A DNA stretch of 63,796 nucleotides, the filler included, from an uncultured bacterium (GTDB lineage Bacteria > CAYSBA01), in NCBI GenBank assembly GCA_964429075.1. It is 17 parts of 17 records of this genome, joined end to end, with 100 filler letters (N's around TTAATTAATTAA, not from the genome) between each part and the next. Parts side by side here need not be neighbours in the genome. Positions count along the whole stretch, not along the records: positions 52,967 to 56,567 come from CAYSBA010000198.1; positions 56,668 to 60,186 come from CAYSBA010000199.1; positions 60,287 to 63,796 come from CAYSBA010000200.1; 14 more parts are not named here. The stretch is one strand, 5' to 3'. How positions within the stretch are numbered: position 1 is the first letter of the stretch; every line of letters begins with the position of its first letter. Both the position numbers and the translations under genes were made by a program. Below, piece by piece: positions 52,967 through 63,600 of this stretch. The notes beneath the pieces are model-generated. The model did no database searches. It worked only from the letters and a program-made list of their open reading frames with translations, and was not told the DNA's origin.

Positions 52967-53045
52967 CTTCAATAAGTCTCTCGTCTAAGATCCTTTTCAC
53001 AAATTCATTTGCAAATTGACTGTGTAGCCCTGGATAGATTTTCAA
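52967..53045 (-). CDS. 5' fragment of a hypothetical protein
   Basis: GGAGG SD 6 nt before TTG; MKIYPGLHSQFANEFVKRILDERLIE is open to the contig edge. Confidence 0.35.
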
Positions 53046-53134
53046 CCCATGCCTCCATGAATAGTTCTCATAAGTACCTTTTCTATGAACATCTTTTATC
53101 TCATGTCAATAGGGATACCAGGACCCTTATATGC

Positions 53135-54094
53135 TTATCCCTCTAAAAATCTTGAAATATCAAAAAGATTGTCATCTTTGTATATTGTTGGGTTTAGTAT
53201 TACACCATCTACATGAAAGGCACATTCCACATTACCCCCCATAGAGCGGTTGTCTCCAAAGGCAAGGTGTACTGTACCAGCAATCTTTTCATCTTCAAGC
53301 ACACTACCTGAAATCCTTGCGTTTGGGTTTGTACCTATTCCGAGCTCTGCCAGGTTTTTTGCACAGGGTCCAACACCTTCCATGGCCTCACGAAGTCTAT
53401 CTGCAGCATCGCAACCATAGATCTTTTTCGCAATGCCATTTTCTACCTCAATAGTGATACGTCTGTCGCCCAGGATTCCACTGTCACCCATGGAGCCATC
53501 TACCACGATTATTCCTTCTGCACTTCCTTCTACTGGTGCTGTATAGACCTCTCCTGCAGGTAGATTTGAAAAATCGCCACGGTTTTTGATAACCCCGGTA
53601 TCTGGCAAAAATGTTCGATCTTTTACAGACATTGTTATATCGGTACCGGATGGTGAAGTGATTCTTATTTTTTCTGCACCTTTAAGATGTTCAGCAAGAT
53701 CCAGGGTTTTTTGAGCAAGTTTTTTGTAATTTACAGAGAGTGTCCTTTTGAATGTTGAAAGGGTAATCCCAGGAAGTGTTGCGATCCTTGCACCATTTTT
53801 AGATGCCTGCCTTCTTGCTTCGGTATGAGATAATGACATGGTGGTAGGAGCAATAATGATAGAATATTTCAACATCAATTCAGAAATCTCCTGAGGTGGT
53901 TCTGTCCCTGGCGTCTCAGGAATCGGTATAATTGTAATAAGTCTTTTGGAAACAAAAAAAGAGGCAGCATGAAAAAAACTCGCACCAATTTCATAAAGAT
54001 CTGTATCGGTAACTACAAGGACAGAGTCGTCTTTATTTATATAAAAACAGTCTTTCAAAACTCCCTTTGCAATATTTATCAACTCTTCAGTCAT
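53135..54094 (-). CDS. M29-like (thermophilic metalloprotease) aminopeptidase
   Basis: SLSHT.AR, GTDI, NLPAGE, AELGIGTN, EDEK..GTVHLAFGDN and HVD motifs. Confidence 0.88.
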   Translation of the reverse strand: MTEELINIAKGVLKDCFYINKDDSVLVVTDTDLYEIGASFFHAASFFVSKRLITIIPIPETPGTEPPQEISELMLKYSIIIAPTTMSLSHTEARRQASKNGARIATLPGITLSTFKRTLSVNYKKLAQKTLDLAEHLKGAEKIRITSPSGTDITMSVKDRTFLPDTGVIKNRGDFSNLPAGEVYTAPVEGSAEGIIVVDGSMGDSGILGDRRITIEVENGIAKKIYGCDAADRLREAMEGVGPCAKNLAELGIGTNPNARISGSVLEDEKIAGTVHLAFGDNRSMGGNVECAFHVDGVILNPTIYKDDNLFDISRFLEG

Positions 54095-54213
54095 CTAATC
54101 CTCCTTTCATTGATTTAATATTAGATAACATCTATTATCATATAGGTCAATTGCTTAAGATGGGTTGACATAAGAAGGATTTGTTGTTATTGATTAGTAG
54201 TCCTAAATAAAGA

Positions 54214-54597
54214 ATGCAGGTTGCAAACAAAATCGCTGATTTTCAAAAAGATCCAAAGATAGAAAGAGATCTATCAATCTTGATGAGGTTTATTCAGGTC
54301 TATTGTGATAAAAAACACACTGAAAAAGAAAAAAAGAGGCTTGTTGCCAATGGACCGGTCGGCATCTATATCAATGATATGAATCTTATACTCTGCAATG
54401 AGTGTACAAAGATGGCGATGCATGGGGCGAGCAAAAGGGTACAATGCCCCTATGATCCAAAACCGAGATGTAAAAAATGTCCGAATCCCTGCTATGCAAG
54501 AGGTTACAGGGAAAATATAAAGAGGATAATGAGATTTTCTGGACTTTATCTTATAAAACATGGTAAGTTGCATTGGATCTTTAAATACTTTTTTTAA
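54214..54597 (+). CDS. YgbA-like (nitrous-oxide-stimulated promoter family) Cys-rich protein
   Basis: IQVYC..KH, LCNEC, CPYDPKPRCKKCPNPCY and IMRFSG motifs. Confidence 0.85.
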   Translation: MQVANKIADFQKDPKIERDLSILMRFIQVYCDKKHTEKEKKRLVANGPVGIYINDMNLILCNECTKMAMHGASKRVQCPYDPKPRCKKCPNPCYARGYRENIKRIMRFSGLYLIKHGKLHWIFKYFF

Positions 54598-54617
54598 ACT
54601 TTTATGGAGGTAGACAA

Positions 54618-55373
54618 ATGGAGACACTTGCAAGGTTCAAAGAGATTATGAAGGCAATAAGAGATGGGGAAGATGGCAATAAATACAGGGAGGAGTTGAA
54701 GAATATAGTTGCGCAATTGAGTCAGGAAGAGTTAATTGCATACGAAGAGGAACTTGCAGAGCTCAATATACAGCCAGAACATATGAGTCATCTATGTGCT
54801 GCTCACATGGCTGCAGTAGAGGGAAGCTCCGATCAGTTGATGAAATCCCTGCCAGAAGGTCATGTAATAAGGACGATGATGGAAGAACACAACATTATTC
54901 TTGGATATCTTGATAAGTTAGATAACCTTATATCAAAAGTTAGACAGGGGCCTTTGAGTTCAGAAGATAGAGGTCAACTTGAACATGTTGCACAGCACCT
55001 TGTAGATGCAGAACCACATCATCAGAGGGAAGAAGAGGTGCTGTTTCCAGAGATCGAAAAAAGGGGTGTTTTTGGGCCACCTGAAGTGATGAGGATGGAA
55101 CATGTGGAACTGAGAAAAAGGAAACATTCAGTACTTGAGTGTGCAAAAAATCTAAAAGAAAAAGATGATGAAGGGCTTAGAAATACAATAAAAAACGATG
55201 GTGGATATCTGGTTTTTGCTCTTAAAGAGCATATCTTTAAAGAAAACAACATACTATATCCAATTTCTCTCCAGGTCATAAGAGAAGACGATGTATGGGA
55301 ACGCCTCAGAGAAGAATGTGATAAAATCGGATATTGTTGTTTTACTCCAGAATATGCAAAAACAGAATCTTAA
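54618..55373 (+). CDS. Hemerythrin (HHE) domain protein with a DUF438-like N-terminus
   Basis: LCAAH, GHVIRTMMEEH, HHQREEEVLFP, MRMEH, EHIFKENNILYP and IGYCC motifs. Confidence 0.85.
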   Translation: METLARFKEIMKAIRDGEDGNKYREELKNIVAQLSQEELIAYEEELAELNIQPEHMSHLCAAHMAAVEGSSDQLMKSLPEGHVIRTMMEEHNIILGYLDKLDNLISKVRQGPLSSEDRGQLEHVAQHLVDAEPHHQREEEVLFPEIEKRGVFGPPEVMRMEHVELRKRKHSVLECAKNLKEKDDEGLRNTIKNDGGYLVFALKEHIFKENNILYPISLQVIREDDVWERLREECDKIGYCCFTPEYAKTES

Positions 55374-55401
55374 CCTTCCTAAGAGTTAGCAGGAAATAAA
55401 A

Positions 55402-56286
55402 TCAGGGCAGAGGTATTTCTGACCAGCCGCGATTTGAAACATAATTTTTAAACACACCTCCGCATCTTTCATTGAAAGTGCAGAGCTGGCATCTTTTATG
55501 CTTTGTCTTTGATCGATGGATATCAAGGGTAACCAACTGACCCATAATGTCTACGTGAATAACCTCATTGATCGATACATACTCTTCAAGTCCCTTCATA
55601 AGACAGTAGGGGAGTCCATTTACCTGTATCAATTCTGGAGAGAGTCCTGTACGAATAATTGTCTCTCTTATCCAGTAGGCTGCATCAGAGATTGAAGGAA
55701 CAATATTGTTAAAATGTGAAAGTGCATTATTATCAGGCTGTATAAAGTTGAGGGCATAGAAATCAACTCCCATATTAAAAAACTGCTCAACCGTACTAAT
55801 TAAATGCTGCATGTTCCATTTACAGACAACTGTTACAAGCTGGAGTCTGATATTTTTAAAGTACAATTTTGAACCTATCAGATGCTTGATGCCCTCTTTT
55901 GTCTGCTTAAAACTGCCCGGTGATCGTGTTATCCTGTCATGAATTTTAGCATCCGGTCCGTGAATAGATATCATAAACCAGTTGAGGCCGGCTTTAAGGG
56001 CCTTTAGAGTAAAATTTATATTGGAGAAGGCCCTTCCATTTGAAACCACACCAATAACCTTATATCCTGCTTTTTTTGCCATGCTAACCATTCTTAGAAA
56101 GTCAGGATGTATGGTGGGTTCACCACAGGTAAAGAGGACTTCACCAGAGGATTTATATTCTTTAAGTTGAGATTTTACCTCTTCAAGACTGACCCATTTT
56201 CTCTTTGGTCTATCATCAAGGCAAAAGATGCAATTGTTGTTACAACTTCTACTCGTGAGTATATGTAATGTGTGTTTATAATTCAT
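55402..56286 (-). CDS. Radical SAM protein, HxsC-like
   Basis: CNNNCIFC, TCGEPT, SNGR, SIHG...HDRIT..PGSF, LPYC and C-terminal CQLC....CGG. ATG 56286 preferred over TTG 56325. Confidence 0.85.
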   Translation of the reverse strand: MNYKHTLHILTSRSCNNNCIFCLDDRPKRKWVSLEEVKSQLKEYKSSGEVLFTCGEPTIHPDFLRMVSMAKKAGYKVIGVVSNGRAFSNINFTLKALKAGLNWFMISIHGPDAKIHDRITRSPGSFKQTKEGIKHLIGSKLYFKNIRLQLVTVVCKWNMQHLISTVEQFFNMGVDFYALNFIQPDNNALSHFNNIVPSISDAAYWIRETIIRTGLSPELIQVNGLPYCLMKGLEEYVSINEVIHVDIMGQLVTLDIHRSKTKHKRCQLCTFNERCGGVFKNYVSNRGWSEIPLP

Positions 56287-56321
56287 AAATATGATTTTAT
56301 AAAAAAAAAAAAAAACTTCAA
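56287..56321 (-). promoter_or_regulatory. Sigma70-type promoter whose spacer is a T15 homopolymer
   Basis: Minus strand reads TTGAAG-T15-A-TAAAAT-7 nt-ATG. Confidence 0.6.
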
Positions 56322-56361
56322 GCAAAGCTTTTGGATNNNNNNNNNNGGTTAGGGAGCATTC

Positions 56362-56390
56362 TTGACAACAAATATATTGTTTGTTAACCT
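56362..56390 (+). promoter_or_regulatory. Sigma70 promoter of a probably leaderless lipoprotein gene
   Basis: TTGACA-17 nt-TAACCT with TG extension; ATG 7 nt downstream; no SD. Confidence 0.65.
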
Positions 56391-56397
56391 TTGCAAT

Positions 56398-56567
56398 ATG
56401 CTGGTTAAATTATTAAAAAAGTACTCAATTGCAATTCTGTTTATCCTTTCTCTTTTATCCTGTGGTCCTATTAAGACTGTATCGGTCCTTGTGGATACAC
56501 AGGTCTTGCTGGATACAGCAAAGACAGCTGATGCTCAAAAGTGGGCTCCGTATGAATACTACTCTGC
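56398..56567 (+). CDS. DUF4398-like lipoprotein (truncated)
   Basis: Lipobox LLS-C; AKTADAQKWAPYEY motif. Confidence 0.7.
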
Positions 56568-56667
56568 NNNNNNNNNNNNNNNNNNNNNNNNNNNNNNNNN
56601 NNNNNNNNNNNTTAATTAATTAANNNNNNNNNNNNNNNNNNNNNNNNNNNNNNNNNNNNNNNNNNNN

Positions 56668-57648
56668 ATTGAATATCTCTAATTTCTCGTTCAACTCTGA
56701 AACTGGAATCTCCAGTGATCGTATCTTTATGTCAATCTTCATCCTGGATTCTCTTAGAATATTTTTGGCCTTAATCTTTATGGCATTACTCAACATCTTT
56801 TGTTTGTTTTCTAACAACCTTACAATCAATCTCTCCTCAATCTCCTTAAGACCACTCTTTGAAAATAAATCGTAATCATCATTGATTTTAGATTTAAGAG
56901 CCATCTTTGAAGAGACACAAAAAATCATATCATCTGTTATGCCTGTTCCATCCAGACTATCTTCAAGTACAGCCTTTAAAAAGTCTACAGATTGTTTTAT
57001 CTCTTCATTTTCGAGGTAATCGATTTTATTCAGAATTATAAAGATATTTGGTGTTATCCCTGCAACCTTTTTAAAAAACTCAACCTCAACCTCTGTTATT
57101 GGTGGATCAACAGAAAATACAAAAAGCACTGCATCGCACTTTGGTAGAAAACTCATTGTAATCTCAGTGTTATGTTTATATACCGACCCAATACCCGGGG
57201 TATCGATCAATATGAGCCCATCTTTCAGAATCCTTGATGGATAAAATATCTCAACGTAGGATACGCCAAGGTAATTCCTTTTGTTTCCATCTTCTGTTAC
57301 ATACTTTCTCAGGACCTCGACAATCTTTTCTCTTTTTGCATTATTAATTGTGATGGGATCTTTTTCAATAAAGTGCACATCTATCCTGCTTTCTCTACCG
57401 AATCTCAAATATGTAGGTATAGCAGTAAGCGGAAGAACAGAGGTAGGGAGCAGTCTTTCGCCAATCAGGGCATTCAAGAACGTACTTTTTCCCCTTTTAA
57501 ACTGACCGAGTACAGCAAGATTTAACCTACCGCTCTTTAGACGTTTGTGTAGCTCATCAAGATAAGATCTGTGAGTTAAAAATTCCTCGCCAAGTTGATC
57601 TAAACTCTCTATTGCCTCATCTAAGATGCTTTTTAACGTGTAAGGCAT
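56668..57648 (-). CDS. Bacterial dynamin-like GTPase (3' truncated)
   Basis: LAVLGQFKRGKSTFLNAL, LP....P.T, DTPGIGS, NKID and VSS motifs. Confidence 0.88.
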
Positions 57649-57681
57649 TTTGGGATTTCAATGTAAGTATTATAATCAAAA

Positions 57682-58204
<523 letters not shown>

Positions 58205-58232
<28 letters not shown>

Positions 58233-60186
58233 AGTCTCTCAACGACTCTATGAGCACCTTTTATTGCATCATCAAGGTTACTAACCCTCTCTGCATCTCC
58301 AGCAACAAAGACAGGTATATTTAGATCTTTGAGATTGCTGAAAAGCTCGTTGTTACTCTTTAATCCACAGGCTATTACCACAAGATCTGCATAGAACCTC
58401 TTTTTCTCACCATCCTTAACACAAACAACACCATTTTCCTCTATTCTTAAAATATCAATACCCACCTCTGTCTTTATACCCAGCATCTTAAGATCCCTAA
58501 GATATATCCACCTTGTACTCTTTCCCATTCCCTTTGCGATTGAAGGAGAACGTTTTAATATAGTAACCTCCCTCGGACCGGCACAGAAACGCCTTATTCT
58601 CTCTGGAGTTTCTGCATCATACCATATAAGGAATTTTGCGGTCTCATCTGATATTGATCCGATAGTCTTTATATGAATAGCAGTTTCTACACCAACAGGA
58701 CCACCACCAATGATTACAACATATCTGCCGGGGATCACATCACCATTAAGTATCTTATCAAATGTTACAACATGTGGGAGATTGACTCCAGGTATCTCTG
58801 GAAGAGATGGTCTTGCCCCTGTTGCGATAACAATGGCATCATAACCACCATCTATTAATTCATCTTTTGTTGGGCTATATCTTGTTTGCAAAGATATATT
58901 CTTCATAAGAAATATGCGATTATAATAATATGTAATTAGCCTATTATACTGCCACTTATAATCTGTCTTGGATGCAAGGTTTAATTGCCCTCCAATTTGA
59001 GCATTTTTTTCATAAATTGTAACATCTGCACCAAGCTCACCAAGTCTGATAGAGGCCTCAAGACCTGAAGGACCTGCACCAACTACTGCAATCTTTTTCC
59101 CTTTTAGTGATGTCACATCTTTTCTTTCTTCAGATTCATGCCCTGCTGCGGGATTTATGGTGCAACCACAACTAAGACCCTCTATTACTCTGTCAAAACA
59201 CCCCTGATTACAGGATATACAGACCTTTATACAAAGTTCATCTCTGTTATAAGACTTAACCAGAAATTCAGGATCGGCTATCAATGCCCTCCCAATACTT
59301 ATTCCATCTATTAAAAATCTTTTTATAAACTTCTCCATGTCCCATGGATGAGTCAACCGATTTGATGCAAATACTGCTGTCCTTTTCCCTACCACAGATT
59401 TTATAGAAGATGCGAGATAAACATAATTCCCATTGGGTACCATGTAGGGCAGTTGAGGTACCCTTGTCTCATGCCATCCACCCGTAACATTCATATAATC
59501 TGCACCAAGCTCAGAAAGTCTTTGGCAGAATAAAAGTATCTCATCAGGATGTGAGTTTTCGGTCCCCATAAATTCATTACCGCTGATTCGAAGTCCCACT
59601 ACACTATCATTTACTGCATTCTTTACAGAATCAAATAGTTCAAGTCCAAAACGCATTCTATTTTTGAGGCTACCACCATACTCATCAGATCTTCTATTTG
59701 TAATTGGTGAGAGGAATTGACAGACAAGATAACCGGCAGATGCAAGGATCTCTACTGCATCAAAACCTGCCTTTTGGGCTCTTTTTGCTGAATTTACAAA
59801 ATCTTTTATAGTATCTTTTATATCCCTTTTAGTCATCTTTGTGGGCTTTATCCCGGTGAGCCTTGAAGGTATAGCAGATGGAGCAACTACCCTGGTGCCC
59901 TCTAAAAAGCTCAGTGAATATCTACCAGCATGATATAACTGCGCACATACCTTAACTTCAGGATCAACCCTCTTTATCCTGTCTACAAATCTCGCAAGGC
60001 TTTGCACATAAGAATCATCCCAGATTGCGATCATGTGCGGGCCACCGGCCTCTCGGTTTACAGCACAGCCTCCTATTGTGAGCATCCCAAGCAAAAGTGC
60101 TCTCTTTTCATAAAATGCTATAAATCTTTCAGTAATGTGTCCATCTTCTGTCATGTTTAGATGGAGTGCAGGCATTACTGTCCTTG
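58205..60186 (-). CDS. NADH:flavin oxidoreductase, 2,4-dienoyl-CoA reductase (FadH)-like (5' truncated)
   Basis: QLYHAGR, AGFDAVEI, GYL..QFLSP, TGGWHE, CISCNQGC Fe-S motif, GAGPSG and GGGPVG. Confidence 0.88.
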
Positions 60187-60286
60187 NNNNNNNNNNNNNN
60201 NNNNNNNNNNNNNNNNNNNNNNNNNNNNNNTTAATTAATTAANNNNNNNNNNNNNNNNNNNNNNNNNNNNNNNNNNNNNNNNNNNN

Positions 60287-60388
60287 ATCTATTACATCAA
60301 TCAATTTTTTGAGGTTATATTCCCAGTCCGGACCACTGTTTGTCTGTATACATGCCACTCTCAATCTATCTTTTAATTCATTACTCAA
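60287..60388 (-). CDS. Carbon-nitrogen hydrolase (nitrilase family) N-terminus, truncated
   Basis: GGAG SD and TTG start overlapping the hutH stop; LRVACIQTNSGPDWEYNL matches the 'vA.iQ......d...Nl' nitrilase start. Confidence 0.65.
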
Positions 60389-61904
60389 TAATAACTCCAG
60401 AATCCTTCAGTCTTCTTAGAAAAACACCTTCGGTTATAAGATTTTTTACCCTCTCTATGTAATGGTTTAATTTTGTGTCCCTCTCTATGAAGGGCACTTC
60501 ATCCCTTACAACAGAGTATGCGACTTCAACTCCAGTTCCCGCCTTAAGTGGCCTTCTATATTCTATACCCTGAGCTGCGCATATTGCCTCAATTGCTAAT
60601 ACGTATGCGGTATTCTCTACCACTGTTGTCAGTTTTCTACAGGCGGTCATACCCATGGAGACATGATCCTCCCTGTTGGCGGAGGATGGTATATTATCTA
60701 CAGATGCCGGCATGGATAACATCCTGTTTTCATTAACGAGTGATGCTGCTGTAACCTGTGCAATCATAAATCCAGAATTAAGACCCGCATCTTTTATTAG
60801 AAATGGGTATAACCCACTCAACTGTGGATTTACAAGCTGCTCTATCCTTCTCTCTGATATGTTTGCAAGCTCTGTTAGTGCAATAGTTGCAACATCAGCA
60901 GAAAGTGCAAGGGGCTCACCATGAAAGTTACCACCAGATATAATCTGATTTTCTTCAGGGAATACAAGGGGATTGTCAGTTACACTGTTTAGCTCTATAT
61001 TTGCTGTATCTGTAACGTGATTGAGAAAATCTCTTATCGCACCGTGTACCTGAGGTACACAACGCATGGAGTATGGATCCTGTATCTTTTTGCAGTGCCT
61101 ATGAGATTGTACAATCTGGCTCTTTTTAAGAAGGCGCCTCATATTTCTGGCTACAAGGACCTGGCCTTTATAGGGTCTTATCTGGTGTATCTTTCTATCA
61201 AAGGGCTTTTTAGATCCGCAGAGTGCTTCTATTGTCATCGAAGATATAATATCGGAAGTCTTTACAATACGCCATGCCTTCAACAGTGCATGTATAAGTA
61301 TTGATAGCATTGCCTGTGTACCATTTAAGAGTGAAAGACCCTCTTTCTCTTCAAGGACAATTGGCTTAAGACCTGCCCTTTTTAATGCCTCATCACCACT
61401 GAGACGTTCACCTCTGTATACTGCCTCACCCTCTCCTATTAAAACAAGTGCAAGATGGGCAAGTGGAGCAAGATCACCAGATGCACCTACAGAACCCTTT
61501 TCAGGGATAATGGGGATTACGTTTCTATTTAGCATATCTACAAGGAGTCTGATAATCTCAACCCGGACACCAGAATGTCCCATTGCAAGAACATGCGCCC
61601 TTAAAAAGATGATACCTCTTACTATATCTTCACTTAAGGGCCTGCCAACTCCAGTTGCATGACTTCTAACTAGATTTTTTTGAAGCTCCTTGAGGCTATT
61701 TTTGTCAACAGGTACATCAGCAAGTGCACCGAAACCGGTATTCACACCATATACCGGCCTATCTGTCTTTAAAAAACCGTTTATATAATTCCTTGCCCTC
61801 TTAATTGTCTCTTCTGTTTCCCTGGATAAAAAGACCTCCTCCTTCTTCTGGGTAACAGCAATAAAGTCATTCAGATCTAACTTTTTACCAATGTCGATAG
61901 CCAT
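60381..61904 (-). CDS. hutH: Histidine ammonia-lyase
   Basis: YGVNTGFG, LVRSH (His-specific), GSVGASGDLAPL (MIO), QDPYSMRC, DNP, GGNFHG and EDHVSMG motifs. Confidence 0.95.
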   Translation of the reverse strand: MAIDIGKKLDLNDFIAVTQKKEEVFLSRETEETIKRARNYINGFLKTDRPVYGVNTGFGALADVPVDKNSLKELQKNLVRSHATGVGRPLSEDIVRGIIFLRAHVLAMGHSGVRVEIIRLLVDMLNRNVIPIIPEKGSVGASGDLAPLAHLALVLIGEGEAVYRGERLSGDEALKRAGLKPIVLEEKEGLSLLNGTQAMLSILIHALLKAWRIVKTSDIISSMTIEALCGSKKPFDRKIHQIRPYKGQVLVARNMRRLLKKSQIVQSHRHCKKIQDPYSMRCVPQVHGAIRDFLNHVTDTANIELNSVTDNPLVFPEENQIISGGNFHGEPLALSADVATIALTELANISERRIEQLVNPQLSGLYPFLIKDAGLNSGFMIAQVTAASLVNENRMLSMPASVDNIPSSANREDHVSMGMTACRKLTTVVENTAYVLAIEAICAAQGIEYRRPLKAGTGVEVAYSVVRDEVPFIERDTKLNHYIERVKNLITEGVFLRRLKDSGVIIE

Positions 61905-61907
61905 GGA

Positions 61908-63536
61908 TCAGTCTCTCATATGTGGATATCTATAGTCTGAAGGTGGAACAAAATTCTCTTTGATGGTCCTCATGGTTGTCCATCTTAAGAGATTTAAGAC
62001 ACTACCAGCCTTGTCGTTGGTTCCCGATGCACGACTCCCACCGAAGGGCTGTTGACCAACAACTGCACCGGTTGGTTTATCATTTATGTAGAAATTACCT
62101 GCACTGAAACGAAGGATATCAAGGGCCAACATTATTGCCTTTCTATCGGTTGCAAATATTGAACCTGTAAGTGCATATGGAGAGGTGCTATCACACAACC
62201 TGAGCGTCTCTTCGTAGTCTTTGTCTTTATATATATATACTGTCAAAACAGGTCCAAATATCTCCTCTCTCATGGATTCGTAATCTGGTCTTTTTGCAAG
62301 AATAACTGTCGGTTCAATAAAAAAGCCAACAGAATCATCACAACCACCGCCATACAGTATCTCAGCATCCGGCGATTCTTTTGCCCTTTCAATATAACCC
62401 TTTATTTTTTCAAAGGATGCCCTGTCAATAATTGCACCCATCAGATTTTTAAAGTCTCTAACATCGCCCATTCCAATTGTCTTTATCTCATCTATTAACA
62501 TCTCTTTAAATTTAGGCCAGAGGCTCTCTGGAATGTATAATCTTGATGCTGCGGAACACTTTTGGCCCTGGTACTCAAAGGCACCCCTTATTACTGCAGC
62601 ATTCAACTGTTTTAGATCACAGGATGGATGAGCAAAGATAAAATCCTTACCGCCAGTCTCACCTACAAGTCTTGGATAACAGTTGTAGTTAGCTATATTC
62701 TCTCCCACTGTCTTCCACATAGATTGAAATGTTGAAGTACTACCTGTAAAATGAATTCCTCCAAGTCTTGAATCTTTTATAACAACAGGACCTGCATCCT
62801 TTCCTTTTGCCGGGACAAAGTTGATCACACCTGGCGGAAGGCCAGCCTCTTCCCAGAGTTTCATAAGATAGTATGCAGATAAAACTGCAGTTGATGCAGG
62901 TTTCCAGACTACAGTATTCCCCATCATTGCAGGAGATGTTGGCAGATTTCCGGCAATAGATGTAAAGTTAAAGGGTGTTACTGCAAAAACAAAACCATCG
63001 AGCGGCCTTGCATCTATATAGTTCCATGTGCCCACAGGACTTATAGGGGGTTGTTCCCTGTATACTAACGACATATAATATGGGTTAAACCTGTAAAAAT
63101 CTATAAGCTCACATGCAGAATCGATCTCTGCCTGAAAGACCACCTTGCTCTGTCCGAGCATTGTTGCAGCATTCAAAACCATACGCCATTTTGTAGAAAG
63201 AAGCTGTGCAGCCTTTAAAAAGATAGAGGCACGTTGATACCACGGAAATCTACTCCACTCTTTTTTCTTCTCCATTGCAACATCAATTGCTTTTTTCAAT
63301 AAATCAGGGGTTGCTCTATGGAATCTTGCAAGCACATGACCATGATCATGAGGCATAACGATCTGTTGGGTATCACCGGTATAATACTCTTTTCCTCCAA
63401 TTATTACAGGAATCTCTACAATCTCATTGGCCTGTCTTTCAAGCTCTTTTACAAGGTCCTGCCTCTCTTTTGAACCGGGTAGATAACCATAAATAGGTTC
63501 ATTTTTGGGCTCTGGGACATTAAAAATTGTATCCAT
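61908..63536 (-). CDS. pruA: L-glutamate gamma-semialdehyde (P5C) dehydrogenase
   Basis: QAEIDSACE, PFNF, FTGST, GETGGK, EYQGQKCSA, EEIFGP and NDKPTGAVVGQQPFGG motifs. Confidence 0.95.
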   Translation of the reverse strand: MDTIFNVPEPKNEPIYGYLPGSKERQDLVKELERQANEIVEIPVIIGGKEYYTGDTQQIVMPHDHGHVLARFHRATPDLLKKAIDVAMEKKKEWSRFPWYQRASIFLKAAQLLSTKWRMVLNAATMLGQSKVVFQAEIDSACELIDFYRFNPYYMSLVYREQPPISPVGTWNYIDARPLDGFVFAVTPFNFTSIAGNLPTSPAMMGNTVVWKPASTAVLSAYYLMKLWEEAGLPPGVINFVPAKGKDAGPVVIKDSRLGGIHFTGSTSTFQSMWKTVGENIANYNCYPRLVGETGGKDFIFAHPSCDLKQLNAAVIRGAFEYQGQKCSAASRLYIPESLWPKFKEMLIDEIKTIGMGDVRDFKNLMGAIIDRASFEKIKGYIERAKESPDAEILYGGGCDDSVGFFIEPTVILAKRPDYESMREEIFGPVLTVYIYKDKDYEETLRLCDSTSPYALTGSIFATDRKAIMLALDILRFSAGNFYINDKPTGAVVGQQPFGGSRASGTNDKAGSVLNLLRWTTMRTIKENFVPPSDYRYPHMRD

Positions 63537-63571
63537 AGATACCTCCTTGTAGAGTTAATAACAGTTGAGTT

Positions 63572-63600
63572 AAATTAATACATCACCCCTAAATGGTCAA
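63572..63600 (-). promoter_or_regulatory. Candidate sigma70 promoter of pruA-hutH
   Basis: TTGACC-17 nt-TAATTT upstream of an AAGGAGGT SD. Confidence 0.55.
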
